A DNA stretch of 63,018 nucleotides, filler included, from Octopus bimaculoides (lineage: Eukaryota), in assembly GCF_001194135.2 (NCBI RefSeq). It is 6 parts of 5 records of this genome, joined end to end, with 100 filler letters (N's around TTAATTAATTAA, not from the genome) between each part and the next. Parts side by side here need not be neighbours in the genome. Positions count along the whole stretch, not along the records: positions 56,427 to 63,018 come from NC_068996.1; 5 more parts are not named here. One strand, given 5' to 3'. This document shows, piece by piece, positions 62,816-63,018 of this stretch. Both the position numbers and the translations under genes were made by a program. A model generated the notes under the pieces. It was given only the letters and a program-made list of their open reading frames with translations, did no database searches and had not been told where the DNA came from. How positions within the stretch are numbered: the stretch's first letter is position 1; the number at the start of each line of letters is the position of its first letter.

Positions 62816-63018
62816 GCGGATGGACGTGTCTCCCGAAGCTCTGTAAGTTGTTGCCGTTTTTACCCGGAAATCTTTTGAAATCTGTTTTAATTTTTATATA
62901 TTGTTGTAGCCAAGCCGACTAGGTTCTTGCGGAGCTATTCGGTTAGGCGAGATTTCCCTTATTTAGGGGTGAATTCTTCGTTTGAAAAACTTCCATTTTC
63001 ACATTTCACACGTATCAT

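Overview
AT-rich, microsatellite-saturated animal genomic DNA. Its repeat families look like those of an octopus or other coleoid cephalopod, which is my inference and not a database result. I could not support any complete host protein-coding gene, rRNA, true tRNA or CRISPR array. The window is a draft-assembly mosaic: five identical 100-bp spacers (44 N + TTAATTAATTAA + 44 N) split it into six blocks whose adjacency is unproven. The recognisable content is transposon debris: a Helitron helicase remnant, at least seven Dong/R4-type (restriction-like endonuclease) LINE fragments, an RTE endonuclease fragment, a CMC/Chapaev3-like element with both ends and a TTA TSD, a pogo-family element with a C-terminal PHD finger, a Penelope GIY-YIG fragment, and about 25 copies of four tRNA-derived SINE families plus an RTE-like tail repeat. 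The most interesting signal is a set of six minimal type-I hammerhead-ribozyme-like motifs from four distinct sequence families. All six lie in foldback (inverted-repeat) Penelope-type structures and share the layout helixI-core-extra purine-helixII-GAAA-short helixIII-NUH-helixI'. One lies downstream of a tRNA-like Pol III head, giving a SINE/hammerhead chimera. Another is the exact start of a perfect 120-bp inverted repeat whose spacer is a captured 151-bp copy of nearby genomic DNA.
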